From an uncultured Planctomycetales bacterium (GTDB lineage: Bacteria > Omnitrophota > Gorgyraeia > Gygaellales > Profunditerraquicolaceae): a DNA stretch of 64,000 bases. Location of the stretch: NCBI GenBank assembly GCA_964603585.1, contig CAZRVK010000003.1, positions 195,693 through 259,692 of the forward strand, written 5' to 3'. Within the stretch, counting starts at the first letter, position 1; the number at the start of each line of letters is the position of its first letter. The notes beneath the pieces are model-generated. The model saw only the letters and a program-made list of their open reading frames with translations. It made no database searches and had not been told where the DNA came from. Made by a program: the position numbers and the translations under genes. This document shows positions 1-10,528 of the stretch, in pieces.

Positions 1-525
1 TTGAAAGCCTATATTGATAAAGATACGAAATTTTATATTAATGAGACCGGTAAGTTCGTAGTCGGCGGCCCGCAGTCTGATACCGGCATGACCGGAAGAA
101 AGATCGTTGTAGATACTTATGGCGGGGCAGCTGCTCCTGGAGGCGGGGCATTCTCTGGCAAAGACCCTACCAAGGTTGACAGGTCTGCAGCATATATGGG
201 CAGATATATCGCTAAAAATATCGTTGCGGCAGGATTGGCGGATAAGTGCATGATCCATATCGCTTATGTTATTGGTAAGCCTGAACCTTTGGCCATTATG
301 GTAGAAACTTATGGAACAGGCAAAATATCCGAGAGTGCCTTTGATAAGCTCATACGTGCTAATTTTGACCTTACCCCGCAGGGAATGATCAAAGAACTGG
401 ATCTTTTGCGCCCGATATACAGATTGACCGCATGTTATGGGCACTTTGGCCGCACTGAACCGGAATTCAGCTGGGAGAGCATTAATAAGGCAGCGATCTT
501 AAAAAAGGCCGCGGCAAAATTATAA
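1..525 (+). CDS. metK: S-adenosylmethionine synthetase, C-terminal fragment (5' end outside window)
   Basis: Translation contains the conserved MetK C-terminal region ([37 protein letters not shown]...). Reading frame is open from base 1. Confidence 0.9.
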   Translation: MKAYIDKDTKFYINETGKFVVGGPQSDTGMTGRKIVVDTYGGAAAPGGGAFSGKDPTKVDRSAAYMGRYIAKNIVAAGLADKCMIHIAYVIGKPEPLAIMVETYGTGKISESAFDKLIRANFDLTPQGMIKELDLLRPIYRLTACYGHFGRTEPEFSWESINKAAILKKAAAKL

Positions 526-622
526 GTTAATAATGTTTACCCTGTGACAGTGTTTAAGGAGATCTGCCGGCGGGCGGGGTTTTCTCCGGTTCACTCGCAT
601 CAGGGCAAAATGAGGAGTTTAA

Positions 623-1879
623 ATGGCTTACGATATAAAAGATATCAAACTTTCGGGAAAAGGCGCTTTACGGATCGAATGGGCAAGCAACAATATGCCG
701 GTTTTAAGTTTGATCTCCAGGAGGTTTATTAAAGAAAAACCTTTGAAAGGATTGAAAGTCGCCGCCTGTTTGCATGTTACCACCGAAACAGGGGTTTTGA
801 TGTCAGTGTTAAAGGCCGGAGGAGCCGAGATTTATCTATGTGCTTCGAATCCTTTATCTACACAAGATGATGTTGCCGCTTCATTAGTCAAAGATCTCAA
901 GATCTCGGTATTTGCGATAAAAGGGGAAGACACAAAAACTTATTATCAGCATATCCAGTCGGTGCTTGCGACCAAACCGGATATTACTATGGATGATGGC
1001 GCTGACCTGGTAAGTGCTATACATCAAAGTGATGCGTCAGTATATCCTAATATTATCGGAGGTACAGAAGAAACCACGACCGGGGTAATAAGGCTAAGAG
1101 CATTGTCGGCTCAAGGAAAACTACGTTATCCGATCATTGCGGTTAATGACGCACAAACCAAGCATCTTTTTGATAACCGTTATGGGACCGGTCAATCAAC
1201 GATCGATGGAGTGATCCGCGCTACTAACCAGTTGATTGCCGGGTCAAATTTTGTGGTTTGTGGTTATGGCTGGTGCGGTAAAGGGGTAGCGATGCGCGCT
1301 AAAGGTATGGGGGCAAAAGTGATTGTAGTGGAGGTTGATCCTTTGCGCGGTTTAGAGGCGACTATGGATGGTTTTCAGGTCATGCCTATAAGCGAGGCGG
1401 CAAAAGCCGGAAATATCTTTGTCACGGTTACCGGGGATATCAATGTGATCCGGGGTGAGCATTTTCAGGTAATGCAGAATGGAGCGATTGTTTGTAATTC
1501 CGGGCATTTTAATGCGGAAATAGAGATCAAGGCCTTGGAGAAACTAAGTAAATCAAAGAAACAGATCCGGGATTTTACCGATGAATATATCCTTAAAGAC
1601 GGACGCAAGATCTATCTTTTAGGAGAAGGCAGATTGATCAACTTGGCGGCAGCCGAAGGGCATCCGGCGCAGGTAATGGATATGTCTTTTGCCAATCAGG
1701 CGTTATCTGCCGAATATATGCGCAAGCTGCATAAAAGCCTGGAGAAGAAGGTGTATAGTGTTCCCGAGGATATTGACCGCAATATTGCACATTTGAAACT
1801 CAAGTCCATGGGGATAAAAATAGACGTTTTGACGGAGGAACAAAAGAAATACCTCGATAGCTGGGAGATGGGGACATAA
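623..1879 (+). CDS. ahcY: adenosylhomocysteinase
   Basis: 418 aa with NAD-binding GYGWCGKG and the [10 protein letters not shown] signature. Lies next to metK, consistent with the methyl cycle. Confidence 0.93.
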   Translation: MAYDIKDIKLSGKGALRIEWASNNMPVLSLISRRFIKEKPLKGLKVAACLHVTTETGVLMSVLKAGGAEIYLCASNPLSTQDDVAASLVKDLKISVFAIKGEDTKTYYQHIQSVLATKPDITMDDGADLVSAIHQSDASVYPNIIGGTEETTTGVIRLRALSAQGKLRYPIIAVNDAQTKHLFDNRYGTGQSTIDGVIRATNQLIAGSNFVVCGYGWCGKGVAMRAKGMGAKVIVVEVDPLRGLEATMDGFQVMPISEAAKAGNIFVTVTGDINVIRGEHFQVMQNGAIVCNSGHFNAEIEIKALEKLSKSKKQIRDFTDEYILKDGRKIYLLGEGRLINLAAAEGHPAQVMDMSFANQALSAEYMRKLHKSLEKKVYSVPEDIDRNIAHLKLKSMGIKIDVLTEEQKKYLDSWEMGT

Positions 1880-1899
1880 TACAAAAGGGAGGAGCGAAA

Positions 1900-4011
1900 A
1901 TGTTTCAGAAAATATTTCTGGCATCTGTTTTGGCTTTTGTATTTGCTTTTGTATCGCCTGCGATGATCATTGCCGGAGGCGTCTTTAAGGAACGCCTGCA
2001 GCAGAAGATCAATGCTCCTTCAAAGAACATCCAGTATAATAACGATGTGATCTCATCTTCGCAATGCGAATATAATTATCAGTCCCCCATGGAAGAACAA
2101 GAGGGTAACCGCGTTGGTGAAGATAAGAAATATGATGCCAGGAATGAGTCCAGGAGGGAAAGAAGAAAAGATCTTGATCAGATCTCTCCTCGGCCGGTCC
2201 TTTCGGCTTTTGCAGTCTATAAAACTGATTATAAGGCGGAGATCGAAGAGGATGTGGTTACGGTTAAAGGCAATGTTTTGCTGGAAGTTTTTAATAAAGG
2301 CTGGACGCAAATACCTCTTATTAGAAGCGATGTCGGGCTGATCGATGTCAGTATCAACAGGGGTGCATCCTTTGTCACTATGCAGGCCGGAAAGTATTTT
2401 CTCATGATCGATAAACCTGGCAGGTATAATCTGGCGATCGAGTTCCTGATCAAGGCATCCCGGGAAAGAGAAAACGGTCCGGGTAATTTCAATTTTGAGA
2501 TCATTCCTGCGCCAATTTCCCAGTTTGAATTTACTATGCCGGAATCGGATGTCGAGATCTTTGTAGATCCGTCCATTAAGTTAGAGGTTTCCCGGGAGCC
2601 TAAGAAAACCGTTGCCTGGGCGGTAATGCCGAATACCTCGAATATCAATGTGCGTTGGTCCAAGGCGTTGCCAAAAGAAACCATTACCCCGGTTAAATTA
2701 GAGCCGAAGATCTACTTGGATACAGCTACTTACGCGACTATTGGTGAGGGGATAATCCGATGCCAGAGTACGCTGAATTATTCTGTTTTGCAATCGGAGG
2801 TTCCGAGTTTCAGGGTAGCCTTGCCTGATGATGTCAGTGTCCTGGATGTGCGAGGCGGTGATTTACGTGATTGGAAAGTATCTCATGACTCGGGAGTGCA
2901 GTACCTTGATGTTTATCTGAATTTCGGGGTAAAGGGTAATTATACCTTGAATTTGAGTTATGAACGCACTATTGGCGATGGTTCTTTAGTCGCTCAAATC
3001 CCTTGGGTTAAAGGTGTGGGGGTAGAAAGAGAAAAGGGTTATTTTGGTTTAGCGGCCGCAACTAATGTAGAGTTGGCAGTCAATAAGGTTGACCATGTCA
3101 GTCCCATTGATGTTAAAGAATTGCCCCAGGCGATCTGGAGCAGTTCCTCGAATCCGATATTGCTGGCTTTTAAATATTTGAATCATCCGTTCAGTATCGA
3201 TATTGATGTGACCCGGCATGAAGAAGTGCCGGTTTTAGTCGCGGCAATCGATTCTGCGGATTATGTTACTTTACAGACTGATGAAGGCAAAAATCTTACC
3301 AAAGCGATCTTTCAGGTAAGGAATAATGTTAAGCAATTTATACATCTTGCTTTACCTAAAGATGCGGTTTTATGGAGCGCTTTTGTCGCCGGTAAACCAG
3401 TTAAACCGGCAAAAGATAAGAATGGTGCGGTGCTTATTCCGCTGGAGAAATCACAGTCCAGTGGAGAGAGTTTGACCCAATTCCCGGTAGAGGTGGTTTA
3501 TCTGGACAAGATCAACAAGTTCGGTTTTCTCGGGGCAGGGAAACTTGTTTTACCGAATACCGATATCCCGGTCAGTATCTTGAACTGGTCAATTTATTTT
3601 CCGGGGGATTTCGTTTATTTTAATTTTGGCGGTGATCTCAAAGAAGCAAAGTATACCGGCCATCGCCAGGGTTCCTTTGGCCGTATGGTTTCGATGAAAG
3701 CGGAGATGGCAGATAAGATGCTTTCTTCCAATTATCAGGTCATGCCGCAACAGAGCCTGGAACAGAGCTCTAATAATTTAAGAGGTGTCTTACCGATAAA
3801 GATTGATATTCCGACGGAAGGAAGGCTTTGCCGTTTTTCTAAGATGTTGGTTACGGAAAAAGAATCCCCATCTTTGAGCTTTAACTTTATCTATACCTTT
3901 AAGCAGGTGCATGGATTATTCAGGCTGGGATTGTTTATTCTGGTGTTATTTGCTGGCATCAGGATATTTTGGGGAATATTCAGGAAAAAGGATTCGGTCA
4001 GGAATTCTTAA
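1900..4011 (+). CDS. hypothetical exported/membrane-anchored protein (703 aa)
   Basis: AGGAG RBS upstream, N-terminal signal-like hydrophobic segment and a C-terminal hydrophobic helix. No motif I recognise. Confidence 0.55.
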   Translation: MFQKIFLASVLAFVFAFVSPAMIIAGGVFKERLQQKINAPSKNIQYNNDVISSSQCEYNYQSPMEEQEGNRVGEDKKYDARNESRRERRKDLDQISPRPVLSAFAVYKTDYKAEIEEDVVTVKGNVLLEVFNKGWTQIPLIRSDVGLIDVSINRGASFVTMQAGKYFLMIDKPGRYNLAIEFLIKASRERENGPGNFNFEIIPAPISQFEFTMPESDVEIFVDPSIKLEVSREPKKTVAWAVMPNTSNINVRWSKALPKETITPVKLEPKIYLDTATYATIGEGIIRCQSTLNYSVLQSEVPSFRVALPDDVSVLDVRGGDLRDWKVSHDSGVQYLDVYLNFGVKGNYTLNLSYERTIGDGSLVAQIPWVKGVGVEREKGYFGLAAATNVELAVNKVDHVSPIDVKELPQAIWSSSSNPILLAFKYLNHPFSIDIDVTRHEEVPVLVAAIDSADYVTLQTDEGKNLTKAIFQVRNNVKQFIHLALPKDAVLWSAFVAGKPVKPAKDKNGAVLIPLEKSQSSGESLTQFPVEVVYLDKINKFGFLGAGKLVLPNTDIPVSILNWSIYFPGDFVYFNFGGDLKEAKYTGHRQGSFGRMVSMKAEMADKMLSSNYQVMPQQSLEQSSNNLRGVLPIKIDIPTEGRLCRFSKMLVTEKESPSLSFNFIYTFKQVHGLFRLGLFILVLFAGIRIFWGIFRKKDSVRNS

Positions 4012-4055
4012 ACCTTTGCGGGCTGATCAGTCCTGCGCTAATAAGAGGTGTGCCT

Positions 4056-5015
4056 ATGAAAAGGATTGCGGTTTTGACTACCGGCGGTGACGCCCCTGGA
4101 ATGAATGCGGCGATAAGAGGGGTGGTACGTACTGCTTTAAGCCATAAAGTAGAAGTGATAGGCGTATCCCGCGGCTGGTGGGGATTGATCCATGATGAAA
4201 TGAAGCCTATGGACCATCGTTCAGTTTCCGGGATTATCAATGAGGGCGGCACAATCTTAAAAACTGCCCGCTGCGTGGAGTTTCAGACTAAGGAAGGGCA
4301 GGAGCGCGCATTCGCTAATATACAAAAAAGCGGCATTGAAGGCATGGTAGTGATCGGAGGTAACGGAAGTTTTCGTGCTGCACATGAATTCTATTTAAAA
4401 TATAAGGTCCCCAGCATCGGTGTGCCGGCATCCATTGACAATGATGTCAACGGTATAGATGTGACTATCGGCTCCGATACCGCAATTAATACCGCATTAG
4501 GGGCTATCGATAATATACGCGATACCGCTACTTCCATGGAGAGGGTTTTTGTGGTAGAGGTTATGGGAAGGGAGTGCGGGTATATTGCCTTGCAGGTCGC
4601 CCTTGGCGGAGGATGTGAAGATGCGATTATCCCAGAGCGGCCATTTAATCTGGAGGAGACCTGCCATAGTATTGTAAACGGTAATTTACGGGGTAAGATC
4701 AGCTGGATTATCGTAGTTGCAGAAGGCGCTGGGCATGCCGAGCATATTGCACAGCAAATAACGGCACTTACTACTTTAGAAACGCGTGCAGTAGTTTTGG
4801 GGCATGTACAGAGAGGTGGGCGTCCTACGGCGTTTAGCCGGACGGTCGCTTTAAATATCAGCCAGGCGGCGGTTGAGTATCTTTTGCGCGGTCAGGCCGA
4901 TAAGGCCGTAGGGTTATGCTGTGGCCAGATTATCGCTGTAGATTTTGAAAAGGCGATCATGAAAAAGGATTATCCTTTTGATAAGTTATTGGGTGCGATC
5001 AAAACATTGACTTAA
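4056..5015 (+). CDS. pfkA: ATP-dependent 6-phosphofructokinase
   Basis: MKRIAVLTTGGDAPGMNAAIRGVVR N-terminus. ATG at 4056 is preceded by an AAGAGG RBS. The track ORF starting at 3969 is an upstream in-frame extension. Confidence 0.9.
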   Translation: MKRIAVLTTGGDAPGMNAAIRGVVRTALSHKVEVIGVSRGWWGLIHDEMKPMDHRSVSGIINEGGTILKTARCVEFQTKEGQERAFANIQKSGIEGMVVIGGNGSFRAAHEFYLKYKVPSIGVPASIDNDVNGIDVTIGSDTAINTALGAIDNIRDTATSMERVFVVEVMGRECGYIALQVALGGGCEDAIIPERPFNLEETCHSIVNGNLRGKISWIIVVAEGAGHAEHIAQQITALTTLETRAVVLGHVQRGGRPTAFSRTVALNISQAAVEYLLRGQADKAVGLCCGQIIAVDFEKAIMKKDYPFDKLLGAIKTLT

Positions 5016-5057
5016 CAGGATCAATTTTAAAAAACAAATAAGGGAGGAGTTCTTAAA

Positions 5058-6383
5058 ATGGGAAGAAAACCGCAGGATATTGAGAAAATAATTCTTGAGT
5101 TGATCACAAGCGATGACCTGGCACTTAAACGGACATTGGCCAAGAAAATACAGGCCATGGCTTATAAGAAAGGTATTTATCCTTCAAGTATCCATGAGCT
5201 TTATATGGCGATGGGACAAGGGTTAGTCAGCGGGTTTACTGTTCCGGCGATCAATTTAAGAAGTATGACCTATGACCTGGCCCGGGCGATGTTTAGGGTA
5301 GGCAAAAGGAATAATACCAGTGCGTTCATTTTTGAAATCGCAAAATCCGAAATGGGATATACCGATCAAATACCGGTTGAGTATTCTTCGGTAATATTGG
5401 CAGCGGCGCTTAAAGAGGATTATAAGGGGCCGGTATTCATTCAGGCCGATCATACCCAGGTTAACGCAAAGAAATATGCTTCTGATCCAGAGAAAGAGCT
5501 GGATGCCTTGAAGGCTTTGATCAAAGATGCCGTGGATGCGGGTTTTTATAATATCGATATCGATTCTTCAACTCTTGTTGACCTGTCTAAAGAAGAAGTG
5601 AAGAAACAGCAGTTCAATAATTATGATGTCTGCGCTAAATTGACGCAATTTATCCGTCAGATCCAGCCTAAGGGGATTGAGGTATCCGTAGGGGGGGAGA
5701 TTGGGGAGGTGGGGCATCAGAATTCGACCCCGGAAGATTTCCGTTCCTTTATGGAGGGGTTCAAAGAAAAATTGCGTAAAGGAAGGGTTGGGATCAGCAA
5801 GATCAGTATCCAGACTGGGACTTCCCATGGAGGAGTAGTTTTACCGGATGGAAGTGTGGCCCAGGTTAAGCTGGATTTTGATACCTTGAAAGTGATTTCA
5901 GAGATCGCGCGCAAAGAATATGGTTTGGCTGGCGCGGTTCAGCATGGCGCATCGACTTTGCCGGATGAGGCTTTCCATAAATTCCCGGAGGCAACTACCG
6001 CAGAAGTCCATCTGGCGACAGGTTTTCAAAACATGATGTATGACAGTAAGCATTTCCCCCAGGACCTTAAGAACAAGATCTACGAGTGGTTAAAGGTGAA
6101 TGCTGCTTCAGAAAGAAAAGAGGGGGAGAGCGACGAGCAATTCTTTTATAAGGCGCGGAAAAAGGCTCTTGGCCCATTTAAAAAAGAGATCATGGGGTTG
6201 CCTTCTTCTGTGCGCGATGCGATTGCCGCAGAAATCGAGAATAAGTTCGAGTTCTTATTCAAACAATTGAATAATGTGAATAATAAAGATTCGGTGGATA
6301 AATATGTGACCTTGAAACGTGTGATTGTGCGTAAGCCTAAAGATGATTCTGGCGTTGTGCACGACGGAGAAGGCGCGGATTAG
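5058..6383 (+). CDS. class II (metal-dependent) fructose/ketose-bisphosphate aldolase family protein, long form
   Basis: 441 aa with an FTVPAINLR-type motif and an HGG-containing segment resembling class II aldolases. Sits directly downstream of pfkA. Family assignment is from motif memory, not a search. Confidence 0.55.
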   Translation: MGRKPQDIEKIILELITSDDLALKRTLAKKIQAMAYKKGIYPSSIHELYMAMGQGLVSGFTVPAINLRSMTYDLARAMFRVGKRNNTSAFIFEIAKSEMGYTDQIPVEYSSVILAAALKEDYKGPVFIQADHTQVNAKKYASDPEKELDALKALIKDAVDAGFYNIDIDSSTLVDLSKEEVKKQQFNNYDVCAKLTQFIRQIQPKGIEVSVGGEIGEVGHQNSTPEDFRSFMEGFKEKLRKGRVGISKISIQTGTSHGGVVLPDGSVAQVKLDFDTLKVISEIARKEYGLAGAVQHGASTLPDEAFHKFPEATTAEVHLATGFQNMMYDSKHFPQDLKNKIYEWLKVNAASERKEGESDEQFFYKARKKALGPFKKEIMGLPSSVRDAIAAEIENKFEFLFKQLNNVNNKDSVDKYVTLKRVIVRKPKDDSGVVHDGEGAD

Positions 6384-6393
6384 TCAATAGAGT

Positions 6394-6463
6394 GGGCTGA
6401 TGGCTCATTGCTCATAGCTCATATTAGTTAATAGTATCTCTTTTACTATGAGCCATGAGCTAA
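6394..6463. repeat. intergenic imperfect palindrome built from GCTCAT/ATGAGC units (element A)
   Basis: gctgatggctcattgctcatagctcat ... atgagccatgagcta. Shares the GCTGATGGCTCA core with element B at 9947-10014. Confidence 0.6.
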
Positions 6464-6484
6464 CGTGTTAATTAAGGAGATGAT

Positions 6485-8137
6485 ATGCGTTCTGATCAGA
6501 TCAAAAAAGGTGTAGAAAGAATTCCCCACCGGGCATTGTTGCATGCAACGGGTTTGGGCAGAAAAGACCTGGATAAACCTTTTATTGGGGTGGCGACTTC
6601 TTTTACTGATCTTATCCCGGGCCATGTGGGTATGCGTGACCTGGAAAGGTTTATCGAGCGTGGTATTTGTTCGGCCGGAGGGGTGCCGTTTTTCTTCGGG
6701 GTGCCGGGGATTTGCGACGGGATTGCGATGGGGCATTTAGGCATGTGCTATCCTATGGCTTTAAGGGAGATCGTGGCTGATACCGTAGAAACTGTTGTGC
6801 AAGCGCATCAGTTGGATGGTATAGTCTGCCTTACTAATTGCGATAAGATCACCCCGGGCATGCTTATGGCAGTAGCGCGGTTAAATATACCGGCGATCAT
6901 TGTGACCGCCGGCCCTATGATCTCCGGACATTTTAAGAAAAGGAAACTGGCCTTTGTGCATGATACTTATGAAGCTGTGGCTATGGCAAAAAAAGGCGAG
7001 ATTTCTTCGGCGGACCTTGTTTGCATCGAGCAGGAAGCTTGCCCTGGCGCCGGGTCATGCCAGGGATTATATACTGCCAATACAATGGCCTGCCTTACCG
7101 AGACTTTAGGTATGTCATTGACCGGATGCGGCACGGGACTGGCTAATTCTGCAAAAAAACGTCGGATTGCCCAGGCCAGCGGTGAACGGATCGTAGAATT
7201 AGTGCGCCGGGATATCAAGCCTTTAGATATAATTACCAAGAAATCCCTGGAAAACGCCATTGTGGTTGATATGGCTTTAGGCGGTTCCAGTAATACGGTT
7301 TTGCATCTTATGGCAATCGCACATGAAGCAGGTATTGATTTTGATCTAAAGACTTTTGATAAGGTGGGGTTAACTACTCCGCATATCACTTCTTTGGAAC
7401 CGGCCGGCACGCATTTTATGGAAGACCTTGAGTATGCCGGAGGGATACCTGCGGTGCTGAAACGGCTAAAGTCAAAGTTGAATGATAATATTACTGTAAG
7501 CGGAGATAGAATATTTTCTATAGCCGATAAAGCCGAGATTTATGATGAAGATGTGATCCGCCCATTTGAGAATGCTTACCATAAACAGGGAGGATTGGCG
7601 ATTTTATTTGGCAATCTTGCTCCAGATGGCGCGATCGTAAAACAGGCGGCGGTGAATCCTAAAATGATGAAGTTTACCGGCCGTGCAGTTGTTTTTAATC
7701 AGGAAGAAGAAGCGATGCAGGCAATCCTGAACGGTAAAATCAAAGGTGGGGAAGTGATCATTATCCGGTATGAAGGCCCGAGCGGCGGGCCGGGGATGCG
7801 CGAAATGTTAGCTCCTACCTCGGCGATAGTCGGGATGGGGCTTGCTGATTCCGTGGCGCTTATTACCGACGGTAGGTTCTCTGGAGGGACTAAAGGGCCA
7901 TGTATTGGGCATGTTTCCCCCGAAGCTACTAAAGGCGGACCGATCGCGGTCTTAAAGGATGGGGATACGATTACAATTGATATTGCCAAAAGAAAGATCG
8001 AAGTGGATCTGACGGCGGCAGAAATAAATAAAAGGTTTAAAACCTGGAAACCGATTGAGCCAAAGATCAAAAAGGGGTATTTAGCCAGGTATTCCAGGCT
8101 GGTTAGTTCGGCGGATAAAGGAGCAGTGCTAAGTTAA
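6485..8137 (+). CDS. ilvD: dihydroxy-acid dehydratase
   Basis: 550 aa with the CDGIAMGH motif and typical IlvD/EDD family N-terminus. Confidence 0.93.
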   Translation: MRSDQIKKGVERIPHRALLHATGLGRKDLDKPFIGVATSFTDLIPGHVGMRDLERFIERGICSAGGVPFFFGVPGICDGIAMGHLGMCYPMALREIVADTVETVVQAHQLDGIVCLTNCDKITPGMLMAVARLNIPAIIVTAGPMISGHFKKRKLAFVHDTYEAVAMAKKGEISSADLVCIEQEACPGAGSCQGLYTANTMACLTETLGMSLTGCGTGLANSAKKRRIAQASGERIVELVRRDIKPLDIITKKSLENAIVVDMALGGSSNTVLHLMAIAHEAGIDFDLKTFDKVGLTTPHITSLEPAGTHFMEDLEYAGGIPAVLKRLKSKLNDNITVSGDRIFSIADKAEIYDEDVIRPFENAYHKQGGLAILFGNLAPDGAIVKQAAVNPKMMKFTGRAVVFNQEEEAMQAILNGKIKGGEVIIIRYEGPSGGPGMREMLAPTSAIVGMGLADSVALITDGRFSGGTKGPCIGHVSPEATKGGPIAVLKDGDTITIDIAKRKIEVDLTAAEINKRFKTWKPIEPKIKKGYLARYSRLVSSADKGAVLS

Positions 8138-8150
8138 GCAGCTTTGGGTT

Positions 8151-8253
8151 GCAAAGTCACAAGTCGCAAAGTCACAATGTTATCTTGAAACATGAAACTT
8201 GAAACCCGTACATAGTTCCAGGTTTCAACCTTGTGACGTTGTGACATTGTGAC
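8151..8253. promoter_or_regulatory. large inverted repeat with heptamer-repeat arms (GTCACAA x3 / TTGTGAC x3) between ilvD and ilvB; possible attenuator, terminator or operator array
   Basis: Left arm gcaaagtcacaagtcgcaaagtcacaatg and right arm ttgtgacgttgtgacattgtgac are reverse complements. The ~50-nt centre carries GAAAC x3. Confidence 0.5.
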
Positions 8254-8279
8254 CCGGTAACTCTAACCTATATACTACG

Positions 8280-9944
8280 ATGAATGGCGCGCAAATATTA
8301 CTTGAAAGTTTAAAACGTGAAGGAGTGACAGTTTTATTCGGTTACCCCGGCGGGCAGGTTTTGCCTATTTTCGATAAGCTTTATGATTCAGATATAAAAC
8401 TCATTCTTCCCCGGCATGAACAGGGAGCGGTGCATGCCGCGGATGGATATGCCCGTGCAACCGGTAAGGTGGGGGTTTGCCTTGCAACCAGCGGCCCGGG
8501 CGCTACTAATTTAGTGACGGGTATAGCTAACGCTTATATGGACTCGATCCCTTTGGTAGCGGTCACCGGTCAAGTTAAGTCTTTCTTGATCGGTAATGAT
8601 GCGTTCCAGGAAGCAGATGTTACCGGGATCACACGCCCGATAACCAAACATAATTTCCTGGTTAAAGATGCAAAGGATCTTGCCCGGACTATTCGTGAGG
8701 CGTTTTATATCGCATCCAGCGGAAGGCCGGGACCGGTGGTGGTGGATATTCCAAGCGATATCCAGCTGCAGGAGACAGATTTTATCTGGCCGGATACCGT
8801 AGATATCCGCAGCTATAAACCTACGCTGTTTGGGCATCCTGGGCAGATCAAGAAAGCCGCAAAGTTGATCTCACAATCAAAGAAACCTATCCTTTATGTG
8901 GGAGGCGGGGTTATCACTTCCGGGGCGTATTTGGAGTTAAGGAAACTTGCGGAGAAGATCCAGGCTCCGGTAACAACCACTTTGATGGGGATGGGCGCTT
9001 TCCCGGATACGCATAAACTTTCTTTAGGGATGCTGGGGATGCATGGGACGGCTTATGCAAACCACGCTGTTACCGGCGCAGACCTTATCATTGCTATCGG
9101 CGCGCGTTTTGACGACCGGGTCACCGGCAGGCTTGATGCTTTTGCTCCGCTTTCAAAAGTCATTCATATTGATATCGATCCGGCCAGTATCAGCAAGAAC
9201 TTCCGCGTGGATGTGCCAATTGTCGGCGATGCAAAGAATATTCTGGGGGAATTGCTTGAGCAGCTCGAGAAAATCCCGGATACGTCGGAGTGGATCAAGG
9301 TCGTGGAAGACTTCAAGAAAAAGCATCCGATGAAGTATAAGAATGAAGGGAAGCTTAAACCGCAGTATATTATTGAACAGATAAATGATATTACTAAAGG
9401 CGATGCTATAATTGTCACTGAAGTAGGCCAGCATCAGATGTGGGCTGCGCAGTGGTATAAATATATCCATCCGCGTACATTTATTTCAAGCGGCGGGCTT
9501 GGCACTATGGGATTTGGTTTCCCGGCGGCAATGGGGGCTAAGGTGGGTTGCCCGGATAAAACAGTGTTTGATATCGCTGGTGACGGCTCGATCCAGATGA
9601 ATATCCAGGAATTGGCTACTTGCGTGTGCAATAAGATAAATGTTAAGGTGATGATTCTGAATAACGGTTATCTTGGTATGGTCAGGCAGTGGCAGGAGCT
9701 TTTTTATAAACGGCGCTATTCATATACTTGTATAACCGGCCCTGATTTCGTGAAACTCGCAGAAAGTTATGGGGCCGTGGGGATCCGCGTTACTAAAAAA
9801 GAGGAAGTAAGGCCGGCTATAGAGCGGGCGATCAAGACCGATAATACGGTTTTTGTTGATTTTGTGATCGAACAAGAGGAGAATGTTTTCCCGATGGTCC
9901 CTGCGGGGGAAGCGATCAACAAGATGATTGAGGGGTTGGCGTAA
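8280..9944 (+). CDS. ilvB: acetolactate synthase large subunit
   Basis: 554 aa TPP enzyme with GYPGG N-terminus and GGLGTMGFGFPAAMGA TPP-binding motif. Confidence 0.93.
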   Translation: MNGAQILLESLKREGVTVLFGYPGGQVLPIFDKLYDSDIKLILPRHEQGAVHAADGYARATGKVGVCLATSGPGATNLVTGIANAYMDSIPLVAVTGQVKSFLIGNDAFQEADVTGITRPITKHNFLVKDAKDLARTIREAFYIASSGRPGPVVVDIPSDIQLQETDFIWPDTVDIRSYKPTLFGHPGQIKKAAKLISQSKKPILYVGGGVITSGAYLELRKLAEKIQAPVTTTLMGMGAFPDTHKLSLGMLGMHGTAYANHAVTGADLIIAIGARFDDRVTGRLDAFAPLSKVIHIDIDPASISKNFRVDVPIVGDAKNILGELLEQLEKIPDTSEWIKVVEDFKKKHPMKYKNEGKLKPQYIIEQINDITKGDAIIVTEVGQHQMWAAQWYKYIHPRTFISSGGLGTMGFGFPAAMGAKVGCPDKTVFDIAGDGSIQMNIQELATCVCNKINVKVMILNNGYLGMVRQWQELFYKRRYSYTCITGPDFVKLAESYGAVGIRVTKKEEVRPAIERAIKTDNTVFVDFVIEQEENVFPMVPAGEAINKMIEGLA

Positions 9945-9946
9945 TT

Positions 9947-10014
9947 AGCTCATGGCTGATGGCTCATGGTAAAAGCAAAAGTAATTATGAGCAATGAGCC
10001 AAAAGCCATGAACC
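9947..10014. repeat. intergenic imperfect palindrome built from GCTCATG/CATGAGC units (element B)
   Basis: agctcatggctgatggctcatgg ... atgagcaatgagccaaaagccatgaacc. Paralogous to element A. Confidence 0.6.
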
Positions 10015-10035
10015 AAAACTACATAAAAGGATGAT

Positions 10036-10509
10036 ATGAAACATACGATATCGGTGCTAGTGGAGAACAAGTTTGGAGTGCTGGCAAGGGTAGCCGGATT
10101 ATTCAGCGCCCGGGGATATAATATTACATCTTTAGCGGTTAGCGAGACTTTGGATCCTTCGATATCTTATATGACCATTGTTGTGGATGCCAAAGATGAA
10201 AAGATACTCGAGCAGATCAAAAAGCAGTTAAATAAACTGATCGATGTTATTTCGGTAACTGATTTTACCAAGAAAACCCATGTGGAGCGTGAACTTGTCC
10301 TGGTTAAAGTTAAATGCCCGGTAAAAGATAAGGAGAAACTGGAAACCCTGGTAAATAAATATTGGGCCAAGAATATTCAGTATAAAGGAAATGTTGCGAT
10401 TATCGAGGCGATCGGAGAAGAAGATCAGATCTGTTTGCTTCTTGAAGGATTGGATAAGTTCGGAGTTCTGGAATTGATCCGGACCGGTAAGATAGTTATG
10501 GAACAATAA
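10036..10509 (+). CDS. ilvN: acetolactate synthase small (regulatory) subunit
   Basis: 157 aa with ACT-domain N-terminus [26 protein letters not shown]. Confidence 0.9.
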   Translation: MKHTISVLVENKFGVLARVAGLFSARGYNITSLAVSETLDPSISYMTIVVDAKDEKILEQIKKQLNKLIDVISVTDFTKKTHVERELVLVKVKCPVKDKEKLETLVNKYWAKNIQYKGNVAIIEAIGEEDQICLLLEGLDKFGVLELIRTGKIVMEQ

Positions 10510-10528
10510 TCTTAAAAAGGAGAGGGAA

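Noticed and set aside
544-732. 62-aa + ORF overlapping the ahcY start
   Set aside because: It is out of frame with the strongly supported ahcY, whose start at 623 has an AGGAG RBS. Likely spurious.
8192-8215. 7-codon mini-ORF (MKLETRT) in the ilvD-ilvB spacer as a possible ilv leader peptide
   Set aside because: It has no run of Ile/Val/Leu codons and sits inside an operon rather than at its 5' end. It does not fit the classical leader-peptide attenuation model.
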